Part shown: positions 15,124 to 28,018 of the stretch, piece by piece
How positions within the stretch are numbered: the stretch's first letter is position 1
Layout of the letters: each line of letters begins with the position of its first letter
Assembly: GCA_951406725.2 (NCBI GenBank)
Contig: OX597822.1
Coordinates: 34,410,001 to 34,474,000, forward strand
Direction of reading: 5' to 3'
Length of the DNA stretch: 64,000 nucleotides
From: Octopus vulgaris
Lineage: Eukaryota
Translations under genes and position numbers: made by a program
Notes under the pieces: model-generated
Seen by the model: only the letters and a program-made list of their open reading frames with translations
The model's database searches: none
Told to the model about the DNA's origin: nothing

Positions 15124-15270
15124 TAATGCAATACGAGAGTATTGCTTTCCAGTAAAGAATAGCCCGTGAGGGAAAATTATACATAGAAGTAAATATATGG
15201 CACAGTAAATATCGGTACTTCGTTGTGTCATATATTTACTTCTATGTATATATATATATATATATATATA

Positions 15271-15470
15271 CCAAAGTAAGCACACAAATGTAAAACAAGG
15301 TGGAAAAATAGTACTCGAATACCGGAGATAGAGTAATATGCTTTACTATTATTAAAGCTACAAAAACATCACGAAAATATCCCAAAAACTGCTACTCTGA
15401 GTTTCATGTTCCCGTTCGTCGGACAGTTTAGATTGAAAATCTAAACTGCCCAACAAACAGAAAATTGTCT
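15271..15470 (-). mobile_element. Penelope-like terminal-repeat fragment with a degenerate minimal hammerhead (about 15387-15428)
   Basis: Minus strand reads aactgt-CCGACGA-acg ggaa cat-GAAA-ctcaga-GTA-gcagtt, giving stem I, a core with one substitution, a short stem II and a GUA site. A short inversion is adjacent (cagtttagatt/aatctaaactg), and the fragment is next to (TA)n. Confidence 0.55.
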
Positions 15471-17099
15471 TGTATGGATGCCTAGCAGTATCAAGTTATC
15501 CACTGCGTGCCACTAATGCTTATCTAAGGGGCAGGCTGCTGTCGTGGGCCGATACTGCTTAACATCAGTATCGGTGCAAGCATTACAGTCAGAACACAAA
15601 GCACCTAATCAGCTATCCAAGACAATTTTCCCGACCCTCTAGTAAGTCTCGACAAAAAATTTCCCCATTTTGGCTGCTTCTTATCAACCGTGACAGGATG
15701 ACAGACAAAGTTCTTCTCGATAAGATTTGAACTCAAAGTACAAAATACCGGAGCAAATGTCGTTAGGCATTCTACGCAAAAGCCACAAGAGCTCTGCTAA
15801 TTGGCTGCCAGAACACCTAGAAAGTTGATCTTCCTAATTCTTGATTGGAGACACGAAGGGCTAGGACGTGATTCGGCTTTCTGTTGATAACTCATTCAGC
15901 AAAACCGGTTCCAAAAGTACTGTTCTGTACTCCTTTCGACAACACGACTGCATCTGTTTGCGAAAATAGTGGTATTTGAGCTATTTCAAAATCTCCACCA
16001 TCTACGTCTTGTGTCCTGGAAAGGTCTCTTCATGAAGCAGATCGAGAAATGGTTGTCTCTTCTATTTGGGGCTAAGGCTTAAATTCTAACCAGTTGTCAA
16101 AGGAAGAGGGATAGATATAAAACTAATTTAGTAGTTGATGGAAGTATAGATGTCTATATTTCCTGAATACCCCGTATAAATTACTTTCGTACTATATCCA
16201 ACTTGCATTTGAACCGATAGGCCTACAATCAGTATAGATAAGACATTAACGAAAGTTGAGGCTTTCATCCAACAATAGATCGTGAAAAAGATTAAATAGA
16301 GCAGAAAAACTTTTTCTTACCAGATCAGCCAGCTACAAGAGAGACTACAACTAAACCAAAGCACCTTCCAAAGTATCATTGATCCATGAACTAGAGATGC
16401 TAATTACATTGAAAAACAGCACAAACAGTGAACGTCTTGGGTATATGTAGAGACGACGTAAGAGTCACAGAAAATTCAACACTGATGTTGGTGCCGCAGC
16501 ATGGACTAGGTCGTAATGGTTAAAACAAACTAAACTAATCGACCTTTAACCAAAATCAACACCAACTCTATACTAAAGGGATAATAGGCTTAAAATGGAG
16601 GTGGACTAAATTAAATACTATGTTAATTCAAAGACTTAGATTATCTCGTATTACCTGAAATTTATGTTCTCGGTATTTACTGGGTGTTATTTCCGAATGA
16701 CAATTCTCTACTAGCCGTTAGGAAGAGAATATTTTTTTCGCCGAGGAGAATCTACAAGAAATTGTTGATTTCGAGTGGAGTAACCCATGTCGATTAAATT
16801 GGCTCCTGGGCTTGATTATTACTTTATTTTATCGACCTCAGCAAAATGAAGCAAAATTGGCCTTGGTAGGATTAATACTCTGAACGTAACAAACAGTAAC
16901 TAAATACTCTCAGGTATGTGTGTGGAGATCTAATTTGTCTGACAATCTAATCCCTTAGAATTTGGAATAAATTGTTAGAAAAACAAAGAAGAATATTTTA
17001 AAGTCTAAATTTAATCACAGATTTAATTGCAATGATCCACTTTGATTTACAAATGAACAAGTCAAGGAAATGAATCAATGAAAGCTACATAAAAATCCA

Positions 17100-18888
17100 A
17101 AATAAAGGACCGCTTCACATTTTATTTTATGTGTTACTGATCAATGATATCCATGTTTATATTCACAGTATATGGGAATATATAAGTTAAATAGTTCTAG
17201 CCTATTGATAACTTCAGATTATTTGGATAGATTGGCAGTTTATTGAATTGAATTAAATTGAAATTATATATAGATAGAGTGTTAGGTTTATGATTGATTT
17301 GAAAATTAGGTGAAACTCTCACTCCTACTCCAAAATGACCAATGGAGGAATGAACTTGTTGGTGAAACATGAAACTTAAAGGGTAAATAATGAGAAGGTT
17401 TGGTTTGATTGAGGACGTGGTATCATTTATGAGAGTTCATTGTAGATTTTTGGCGACACAAAAATATCAACGGAATGACAGTAACTCAAGTATAACTCAA
17501 ATATCAAATGTATATGTAAAATCAATCACCGTGTTAACTGGATCGTGACTTATGACATCATAATTGAATTGAGAATATCAACAAATTCTATAATAAACCT
17601 GACGACAAATCTGAAATGTGTATTTTTCTTTTTCTTTTTTTGTTGTTGAATACAATAAATTGGCGAAAATCTTTATCGCAGAAATCATTCGGTTCCACAT
17701 GGGATCATTAAAAAAAATTACAAATAGTTGTTAAATTCTGAACTTTGATGAATTGAAATATACATAGAATTACAAATTGTTGCCAACATAAATGGATGGA
17801 TGCTACAGAAGAGATACAATGGATGATATCGGGGAATATCTCGGAAAAGAAGTCAAGAAATTATATACAATATCAGAAGTGTTTATCGCTTCATTTATGT
17901 TAGTATCGATTATTTTTCCTACGATATTTCGTCATAAATCTTTCCTCTCCTATATGAATAAATGTTGAATGGAATAATGGCATCTGAAAATCGATTGTTG
18001 GCAATATCTTTATTGATTATGTTGTTGCCAGATCTGTTGTTATTCGCTATTTAAATATTTCCTTTACATCAACAATATAGAAAGTTTTTTAATTACCAAA
18101 ATTAAATCTTGGAAGTTTCTCATTAAAAAGTGACGAAAACAAGAAAAAAATCAGAAAGCATGTTCACGTTATGTTCTTATCAGTTAACAGCTGGACCATG
18201 AAACAAGTTAAAATAATGTACGTATTAGATTTTTTTAAAAACAATTAAATATCATATTTTAAATAACAATTAATATGACTAAAGAAAAAAATAAAGATAA
18301 TATATGATTAAAAATAAATAAATGAATAAATAATCGATAAGATTCACAGAGAATGAAAGATAAGGAAAAGTTTAGACGGATAAAGCTCTTCTGCATTAAT
18401 CATAATATAAGAAAATTAATTTGTCAATGGAGTAATTTAGTTCTGCAAGGACGGACAACATAACATTGTTGAAGTCAATATGAATACTTGAGCATAAATT
18501 TGAGTGTTTATGCTTGTGGGTACCCTTGTGTATCACAATGTGAAACTCATTTTTGGTAGTCATAGCAATATTTCATTCCAATGCAACCTGATATTTGAAT
18601 AACACATGGATATCAGTTTTACTTCATACAGGATACCAGAAAGGAAACAAACAAACAAACAAACACAAAACACACACACACAAAAAAAACAACTGAAAAA
18701 TAACAGAAAACAAAAACAAAACAACAACAAAAGCAACGGGAAACGAAAAAGCACAAGTGCACGGTAATATCAATATAATATTTGAAAGATGTAAGGTTTT
18801 GTAAAATATCTCGACAACCATATTAAAAGTCAGAATTTGTTTCTCTTAAAAGTTTTAAAACACAAAGTGTTCGTCGATTTATCAACTC

Positions 18889-18941
<53 letters not shown>

Positions 18942-18975
18942 TATATAAATATATCTATATATATATATCTGTATG

Positions 18976-19028
<53 letters not shown>

Positions 19029-19154
19029 TATATAAATATATCTATATATATATATCTGTATGTATATGTATATATATATATATATCTGTATGTATGTATA
19101 TGTATATATATATATATCTGTATGTATGTATATATATATATATCTGTATGTATG

Positions 19155-19185
<31 letters not shown>

Positions 19186-19192
19186 CTGTATG

Positions 19193-19229
<37 letters not shown>

Positions 19230-19234
19230 GTATG

Positions 19235-19280
<46 letters not shown>

Positions 19281-19379
19281 TATATGTCTGTCTATATATA
19301 TATATATATATATGTCTGTCTATATATATATATATATATATATACATTATATACATATATCTATATATATATGTCTGTC

Positions 19380-19410
<31 letters not shown>

Positions 19411-19608
19411 GTGTGTGTGTGTATGTGTGCATGTATGTATATATGTGTATACATATTGAAGGTGGAATGCAGTTACCATTGTTTCATGTTCATTATCACA
19501 TCACTATCTTCAGCATTAATAAGAACATATTTTTTATTGTTGAATCTTCATCGTTGTTAACGTTTCATGTTTTTTTTTTGTCGTTAATAATATCGAGAGG
19601 ATAAATGT
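17100..19608 (-). other. Putative 3'UTR of the minus-strand gene
   Basis: AT-rich sequence with no recognisable SINE, downstream of the stop codon. It has a U/G-rich tract on the minus strand (18645-18750) and candidate AATAAA signals on the minus strand at about 19533, 18009 and 17121. The 3' end is not determined. Confidence 0.4.
18893..19452. repeat. Compound (TA)n/(TATG)n microsatellite with an internal higher-order duplication
   Basis: Directly visible. The block atacattatataaatatatctatatatatatatctgtatg occurs twice. Confidence 0.9.
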
Positions 19609-19849
19609 CTAGCCAGGTGGTTTGGTAGGCATTTTACCATTTGGTGATGTTGTTGAATTAATACCTGGGCTTGGCCGTACGGGTTGGTGAGGATTTGTCA
19701 ATGAAGCACGCTGGGTAATGGTTTGTCCGGTGGTGAGCTGACGACGTCCGGAACCGGACATTCTATTTGTAGTGGTTGTTGTTGATCTTCCTCTTTTGTT
19801 GACCATAATCATCAGGCGGGTTCTAGAAGGGCTATTTGCATTGCCACTT
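19609..19849 (-). CDS. Putative last coding exon of an unidentified host gene (Ser/Thr/Pro/Arg-rich, probably disordered C-terminal tail)
   Basis: On the minus strand a long pyrimidine tract ends in tttcag (AG at 19851-19850). Only one frame stays open after it: (x)SGNANSPSRTRLMIMVNKRGRSTTTTTNRMSGSGRRQLTTGQTITQRASLTNPHQPVRPSPGINSTTSPNGKMPTKPPG*, with TAG at 19611-19609. The other two frames stop within 13 codons. The segment is locally GC-richer and non-repetitive. I do not recognise the protein. Confidence 0.65.
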
Positions 19850-20156
19850 CTGAAATGAGAGAGGAAAAAGAATGAAAATTGAAAGAAAAATTGAATAAAA
19901 CATTCAACTGAGACAAGAGATAAAAAGAAAAAATATTTGAAGCAAAAATTAAATAAAACAACAATCTGAAAGTAAACAAGTAATTAAATTATTTCATTGT
20001 TATCAGAATATATTAAATTACAGATGAATTATTTTGAATATATATTAACAACGTACTCTTGAGGAAGTGATAATAGATAAAAATAATATTTGGGACACAT
20101 CGACTTCTGTAAAATCAATAGTTCAAAGTCACAACTGAGGATGTAGGAGTCAAATA

Positions 20157-20192
<36 letters not shown>

Positions 20193-20194
20193 CC

Positions 20195-20480
20195 TTTAAA
20201 TTTTGTTTGTTTCGGTCATTTGACTGCGGTCATGCTGGGGCACCACCTTGAAGAATTTTAGCCTAATGTATCGACCGCTATGTCACGGTAACACAAACAA
20301 ACCAGCACCGGTTGTCAAGCGGTGGTGGTGGGGGAATCTGTCATACATACATATATATACATATATATATATATGATAGGCTTCCTTCAGTTTCCGTTAG
20401 CCAGATCCACACACAAGGCTTTGGTCAGCTCGAGCCTATAGTAGAATACACTTGTCCAAGTTGCTACGCAGTGGACTGAC
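20195..20480 (-). mobile_element. SINE family A, degenerate and 5'-truncated
   Basis: Contains gtttcggtcatttgactgcggtcatgctggggcacc...acacaaggctttggtc...gtggactga. Confidence 0.75.
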
Positions 20481-20625
20481 AAATTTGTAAGACCAACGCA
20501 TCAAGAAATAGTTTGCGTTAACTGGAGCATGTACTCCGAATGTCATTTGAAAGACTGGTCAAGCAGATGCTATACCCGTAAGTATTTGAATGTTCGATCT
20601 CGGTAATGTGTGTATACACGCACTC

Positions 20626-20663
<38 letters not shown>

Positions 20664-21492
20664 ATAAATGCGTGTATACACACACATATACATATACTAT
20701 AAACTTATAAAGCTAGTAATTTTTAGCGGCGAATTTATGTAAACTGACCATTCATCACAACGATATCAAATTACAACCTCAATCTGTATTTCAACGAGTG
20801 GTCAAAATAAAAAATTATTTATGACCACTACCATCTCATCAAAGCCAAAATCTTATTCTCAGCCCTTTAGTATCTTAACTCTTTATCTCTTACTCTACTT
20901 TATGTCCTTATTTCTTTTGTTTTTATCTCTTTTGTCACTTTAGCCTAATTTGGCTAATTCTTATTTATATGTGGATCTAACTTTATTATCCTTATTTTTA
21001 CTTTTATTATTTTTGCTTTTGATTCTATTGTCTTTTACTTCCATTACTCTTACTCTTTATTTCTTATTTTTTAACTTTTCGTATTTTTTCTCTCTATTTT
21101 TCTTTCTATCTTATTTTCCTTCCTATCTTATACAAGTAAATTAAATATAAACTCAATGCAATCTATTTAACATTCACTCTATGCTGATTGGAGATACAGT
21201 ATGGGCAGATTTTCGAAATCCATTGAATCTTTATACATATATACAGTTAGGAAATTATACAAATACACTTTTTCAAGGAGATATGATAAAACTATTATAA
21301 TGGGTAATACTACATGTACTGTTTATATTTGTTATAGTGTGATGTAATCTTTGGACTAACAATGTTTGCGGCTGAAGAGAGTTTTAAACCATCTTTTATA
21401 TCAATAATACACCGATGTAATAACGGATTGTTTATAAAGCTTGAAACACGTGTACCGTGATATCCTTTGTGTTCTGTTTTTAATTTAACATC

Positions 21493-21638
21493 AGGCGCGG
21501 CTGTGTGGCAAAAAACTTGCTTCCCAACCACATCACTCTGGGTTGAGTGCCGCTGCGTGACACCTTGGCGGGTGCCTTCTGTTATAGCCCCGGGCCGACC
21601 AAAGCCTTCTGAGTGGATTTGGTAGACGGAAATGGAAA

Positions 21639-21676
<38 letters not shown>

Positions 21677-21870
21677 GTGCCTGGTTTTGCCCCCTCACGT
21701 CGCTTGACAACCGATGTTAGTGTGTTTACATCTCCGTAATTAATAGGTTCGGCAAAATAGCCCTATAAATTAAGTTTTAGGCTTACAAAGAATAAGTCGA
21801 CTAAACGCGGTGCTCCAGCATGACCGCAGTCATAATGACTAAAACAAATAATAGAATAAAAGAATATATA
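21493..21870 (+). mobile_element. SINE family A
   Basis: Colinear with the family consensus seen elsewhere in the window. Confidence 0.85.
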
Positions 21871-23374
21871 TCATTCTTTAGCGAAAATAGCATTTTTTTA
21901 GTGACTTCGAAATTTCGCCCAACTTCAACCATAATGAGACTGATGGCGTAGCTGTCCGTAACTTCGAAGTTACTGTCCATATTATTCTTTTTTAAAGAAT
22001 AAATGTATACTCTACCAAAATGTATTGAGTAATCCTTCAGTTTCCTGCAAAATTGCTTTTATTACAGCATAAAAAGAAGATTGTACACATACACACATAC
22101 GCAGACACATACAGACATACAAATACGCACACGCACACACACACATATACACGCGCATATATATAGCAAATAAACACACATATATGTGTGTGTAGGAATG
22201 TGTGTCTATATATTCATGTTCATATGTATCTAGCTATTGTGTACGTGTGTGTTTGTATGTGTGTATGGATGTGTAAGTAACGCCACTCGAAAAACATAAA
22301 AAACCTGTGTAAAAACTCATGAATGTTTAAAGGTTAGCTTCATGAAAGAACTACACGCAATGTTTAGCGGTCATATAACATTTATTGACACGCAAACAAT
22401 TTCTATGAGGAAGACATGTACTATGACCGAATTAAATATAGAGTTGCGTAAATAAACGAACAGAGACGAGGTTATCACTGTAGAGTTGATATTCTGAAGG
22501 AATGGGAATACCCTGAAACAAGTTATATTTAACAACAGATGCTTTCCTGTTCGATCGACAATGTATCTTTGTAGAAAGGAAACTAGAATCGTTAGCTGAA
22601 ACCACACAGAGTAGTTGTTAAAGAATGGCGTTGTATATGTGAGCATGCGTATGTGTATGGGTACTGATCTAGCACATGCGTGTATATATATATATGTATA
22701 TATATACACGTGTCTCTATGCATGTTAGTGTATCTATAAGACGAGAGGAAAACTGACATATGTTTTGTGTATGTGCAAACGAAATGAATGTAGAAATACG
22801 ATGCATATCTATCCTGTGTGTGTGTGTGTGTGTGCACCTGCCGACTCTGTGCTGACACTGTTAAATGTAAACTGCGGTTAGCTTATATAAAAGAAAACCT
22901 AATGATAAGGAAACGAACTGGAAAACTCCCCCACGGCCAAGCTACATTCCGCATTAAGCGCCAAGTGAAACCAAGAGGTCACCCTCAATAATTTCAAAAT
23001 CGTAGCAAGTTACAATTCAAGCTCTACGTATGGAAAAAAAAATTGAACCTGGTAAAGAAAGGGAATTTTACCATTATCTTCCGTCAGCATCAACACTAAG
23101 AATTTTGTCGAATCGTTGCATTTTCATGGGGAAAATACGCTTTTAAAAAGACCACAGGTTTTGCTAACTTAATCAATATCTCGCCTGACTGGATCTTTGG
23201 TTAAGAAGATCACGTACACATGTGTTTTCAGTTTCAGTTTCACTGTACGATGTCTAGAGTAAGTGTTAAACCATCTTTTATATCAATAATACACCGATGT
23301 AATAACGGATTGTATATAAAGCTTGAAACACGTGTACCGTGATATCCTTTGTGTTCTGTTTTTAACTTAACATC

Positions 23375-23489
23375 AGGCGCGGCTGTGTGGCAAAAAGCTT
23401 GCTTCCCTACCACATCACTGGATCGAGCAAGCCTTGAGAGAGAATTTCGTGATCGCAAAACCCGTGGAAGCTCTATGTATATGCATATA

Positions 23490-23538
<49 letters not shown>

Positions 23539-23735
23539 GAATCTATGTATTTATGTTTATCTCCCAGCCAGTGTTAGTTTGTTACATCCCCGTAGCATAA
23601 CGGTTCGGCAATAGAAAGCGAGAAAATGAGTCCGAATCTAAAAATAAGTGTTGGGGGTCAGTTTGTTCCATTAGACACTTCAGGACAATTCTCTAGAATG
23701 GCTACAGTGCTGTAAGTGGTACAAGTAGAATGATG
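23375..23735 (+). mobile_element. Old, diverged family A SINE with a head duplicated from 21384-21537
   Basis: The head is near-identical to the 21493 copy, while the body is strongly diverged. Confidence 0.65.
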
Positions 23736-23877
23736 AATCATAACAAAGGTAGTCAAGCAATAAACTTGTGTTTCAGAAATATAACAGTGTTACAGCGTAA
23801 TAAAAGCGCTTTAATGCGATACTAATGTCAACAATAAAATCTGTTCGTTGTGAAGAATGCTGGCAAGAACTCCAAAG

Positions 23878-24448
23878 TATTGGGTTGTCCGGAAAGTTCG
23901 TGCCGATTTATAGTAGCTTACTTTTCGACTTATTTTAGAACATGGTTGAGTCCTTAAAATAGGATTTGACTACACCTCCATTTGCAGCACAGTTTAAGCT
24001 ATCTTTTCGCGGAAGAAGGTTTATGTTCTTATAACCTGTGTTAATCCTGTAAACCTTTAAAATGGAAGATAAGAAAGTTCATTTTCGGCACTTGATGCTT
24101 TGGGAACCAGACAAAAATTGCTGCAGCTCGGCTGGGATGTATTACTCCAGCCTCCATATTCACCAGATATTGCTCCTTCGGATTTTCACTTATTCAAATC
24201 TCTGCAGAATAGTCTTAATGGTAAAAATTCCAGTTCCTTTGATGACGTAAAAAGAGACCTTGATGAATTCTTTGCCATGAAACCACATCAATTCTGGGAA
24301 GAGGGCATTTTCAAGTTAAAGGAAAGATGGAGACGCATTGTGCAACAAAATGGTTCATATATGGTTGATTAAAAATGTAATGCCAAGAATTTATCGACCT
24401 TTTTCCTTTCCTTTAAAAATCGGCACGAACTTCCTGGGTAACCCAATA
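23878..24448 (+). mobile_element. Mariner deletion derivative (MITE-like, ~570 bp)
   Basis: TA-flanked TIRs (ttgggttgtccggaaagttcgtgccgattt / aaatcggcacgaacttcctgggtaacccaa). The N-terminus MEDKKVHFRHLMLW is fused to the C-terminus LGWDVLLQPPYSPDIAPSDFHLFKSLQNSL...ERWRRIVQQNGSY. Confidence 0.92.
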
Positions 24449-24474
24449 GAAAGAGTAAAATCTCGTCTTCGAAT

Positions 24475-24508
<34 letters not shown>

Positions 24509-24968
24509 TCTTTTACTTGTTTCAGTCATTTGACTGCGGCCATGGTGGAGCACCGCCGTATAATTGCATACATACATACATACATACATACAGAATGGTG
24601 CCGTCTACAACGGTCGTGCAGGTGTAGAAGACCGATAAAAAGGCCGTGTTGAACGCCTTCCTCAAAAAATCTGTTGATATCTCCAGCCTAAATCGGTAAC
24701 TGGTTAATTTCTCCAATAATTATTATAAAGCCGAATTACCAATTACCATAAACTACAGTCAATCTGTGAGAAACGGTTGCCATTTTCGTGACCTACTCAT
24801 AAAACTAACATAGAAAACGTTATTCTTATCTCTGTAGTCGAAATAATGTTCATTTTTGTTGTACAGTGTAATTAATAAGAGAAACACCTTTTACTCACCA
24901 TCGTAGCGCTATCCTGAACAGATTTTAAAATATAAATCTAGAGCACGTGTTATCTCGTTAACACGATT

Positions 24969-26850
24969 ATGGCTGAAACTAACACCACCATAGATGAAAC
25001 TAACAACGTCACCACTGATGAAAACAGAATTATTTCACCAGTAAGTTAATTAAGAAAGACATAAGGACTCTTTTCATTTTACTTGGACTCAACAACTAAA
25101 CCAAGATTTACTTCGGTGCTATGAAAAAGCCCAAGATGACCCCTTCAATCGGATACATGAAGTGGTTAAAACAATACTGGGACAAAGCTTATCCCAACTT
25201 AAATACTTCACGACGAAACAGCTCTGACAACAAGCATCTTTTGTAAAAAAACAAATCAACTGATCCTCGATCCTCCCAAACACTGAAAATGGATCAAAAT
25301 CTGCCTGTAGCGGCGTAAACAATAATGTAAACAGACCACCGCTTCCGCCATCGCTAAATTTGAGCGTGTCTCCAAATTTAGCTGACTCAGTAGCGAAGAC
25401 TGCGGAATACATCCATCACAAATACGTCTTAAAATTACAATTCGCAAAAAATCTTGCTATTTTCTCGAAGCTTTCGTTGAACAAAAGACTATTCCCAACA
25501 CGAGTAAGAAAAAATCCGACGCAATCTCATGTTTAAGTTTATCAACAATGTTGCTGGAGAGCACACGGAATCCTGTGAAGCTAATTACTGGAATATTAAT
25601 AGTCATATACACAGCTGCTATTATTCTTAGAGAACACCTAAGAGAAATCTACAGCGAACAAAACAACGAAATTACTAAACGGAAACAACCTAGATGGAAA
25701 ACAAAACTTGAAGAAGACGTCAACAACGAGCGCCGCCATATTGGATGCTTAACTACAACAGTAAAATGTAAGGAGAAAAATGAGTTACCCCCTCACTAAC
25801 TTTACCTTAGACAAAAATTAACGAAACTTTATAGCAACTCTTCACATCGAGCACTTGAGGGAAAGCTAATCAATTTAAAACATGAACCCAGGACGATGAG
25901 CAAGAAATTCTGCTATCGAATGCGAATTTTTGAGCGAGCCAGTCTCAATCGCAAGTTTGCTTCCAACCCACAAGTATTATACAGAGAGATGAGGCAGGAA
26001 TATATTACCATTAAGAAAGCTCCCTCCCAAGAAGATCATTCTGGTAAAAAATTTGAAACGAAAAGAGGGATTTTAACCTGAACGCATCATGGTTAAATAC
26101 AGTTGAGAGAGAATACTGTACCAACACTAACAGTAAATCATACAATATTGATGTAGAAACCTTCGCTATAGCAGTAGGCAAACTGCAGATGGGGAAGCAC
26201 CTAAAAGTTGGATATTTGTACAAGAAGCCGACATTTTATAGAAACCAATTGAAGTGTATGTTTAAATGGACTATGGAAAGTCAGATTGATATACCAAATT
26301 GGCTTGCTACAGCAAGGGCAAATCTAGTTGCCAAAAATGAAATCACCGAGATAGCAGGAAACTACAGGTCCATTGCTTGCCTAAACATTATGTACAAACT
26401 GTACGCAAGTTGCCACAGCCAATTCCTCCAGGACCATTGTGAGTCAAACGACATTGTGACTGATGACTGGAAAGAAGGGAGTGTGGGGGATGTGCCGAAA
26501 GAATTTTAATAAACAAAGCTTTACTGTCTGAAGTAAGAAAACAACGCAGAAACATTGTGACAGTATGGCTTGATTATAAGAAAGTATTCGACTCTATCCC
26601 TCATTTATGGTTGTTGAAGTTCCTATATTTGGCAAAAGTACCTACTACCTTAATTGCTGCTTTAGAGAGAGACTCAAAGACATGGACAACTATTCTTACC
26701 CTTACAACTGAGAACAATAACTGTTTCTAATAGTATAGGCATTACAAAGGGAGTGTTCCAGGGAGATAGTCTTTCTGTACTTCTTTTCATTTTGGCACTG
26801 AATCCAATATCGTTTCTACTACAGAAAACAAGTGGTTGCATGCTAGGATC
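24969..26850 (+). mobile_element. Degenerate R4/Dong-like LINE, N-terminal region and reverse transcriptase (pseudogene, 3'-truncated)
   Basis: RT motifs across frameshifts: IPNWLATARANLVAK...NYRSIACLNIMYKLY, VWLDYKKVFDSIPH and GVFQGDSLSVLLFILALNPIS. Confidence 0.85.
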
Positions 26851-27245
26851 TTCAATTGCAGTATTGAGAATTCTCGATCGGCACTATTCGGACGATTATG
26901 GTCCCTGTTATTGTATATCTTTTCATTCATGTGCCTTTCTTATGGCATTCGAGTGGTTTTGTTCTTATTCCTGGTAATGTAGGTGTTTCCTAAAACCCTA
27001 ATCACATTTAACAGCATATGTAATTCTCATTGTTGGTGAAACATTCCAAGCTGATGCTTATATTAATTTTAAGATAAGGAAGAAATAATTGTCAATGCAT
27101 TATATTTCATTTAATAGAATAAATTTGGCATGCCGCAGTTTCCGGTAGTGGTTATAGGTTCGTTACCGATAGTTTTATTCAATTGTCTATTGATCAGTTG
27201 AGAAAAGTTGACCGACCTAAAGAATTAGTGTTACTTTCGCCAGAG

Positions 27246-27308
<63 letters not shown>

Positions 27309-27335
27309 TATAAACAATTAATTTATTTACATTAC

Positions 27336-27542
27336 ATTGATAAATGGGGTATAGCTGATTATGTATGGTAAAATGGAGACCACTTCCCCCTGTGGGACAG
27401 AGAACACCACTGGAAAATACGAAAATTAAAGAAGCAGCACATATGCTAGCACACAACAACCTCCTAAGCAGGTCGGGTGCAGATATGAATAGCATATGGG
27501 AGCCGGTATTAAGGAAGGAAAGAAAAATATTAGATTTATAAG
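27336..27542 (+). pseudogene. C-terminal remnant of a Penelope-like GIY-YIG endonuclease ORF
   Basis: Translates to IDKWGIADYVW*NGDHFPLWDREHHWKIRKLKEAAHMLAHNNLLSRSGADMNSIWEPVLRKERKILDL*. The pattern GIAxH/Y...W...RKLKEA is typical of the PLE endonuclease end. Confidence 0.7.
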
Positions 27543-27571
27543 CCCTAAAAATTCACTCCAAAATTGCCCAC

Positions 27572-27826
27572 GGGCATATGGCGTAGTGGTTAAGAGCGCG
27601 GGCTACTAATCCCGAGTTCGATTCCAGCCAGTGATCTGAATAAAAATAATAATAATAACATCGAAAAATACCTTAGGAATGAGAAACCAGGTTCGAAATT
27701 GCCCCAAGACACCCGATGAATGCTGAAGGGTATATCAGACGAAACGTTGTGTTAACAGTCAACAAGACGACAAATATCCGTCAAATGTAAATAATGTATA
27801 TAATTCTTCATCTCTCAAATATAGAA
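27572..27826 (+). mobile_element. tRNA-like head plus hammerhead-bearing PLE terminal repeat (copy 1)
   Basis: A box tggcgtagtgg and B box gagttcgattcc (27614-27625), then a degenerate HHR gacac-ccgatga-a-tgctg...cagac-gaaa-cgtt-gtgtt (27708-27753). Homologous to 62496-62770. Confidence 0.8.
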
Positions 27827-27960
27827 ATGAAGTAATTTACTATTAAATATAAAAATATAAATTGTTTTTGAGTTACGAAGCAATTTGTCAGGATATTAGA
27901 ACTTTCTTATTAAATAAAATTTCATCGTACCCCTTGTCTGTCATTCATGACAGACAAATC

Positions 27961-28018
<58 letters not shown>

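Noticed and set aside
26855-27245. Possible minus-strand PLE endonuclease relic, and possible RTE relics at about 12960-13130 and 22860-23230
   Set aside because: Too degenerate to support by eye. They need a translated profile search.
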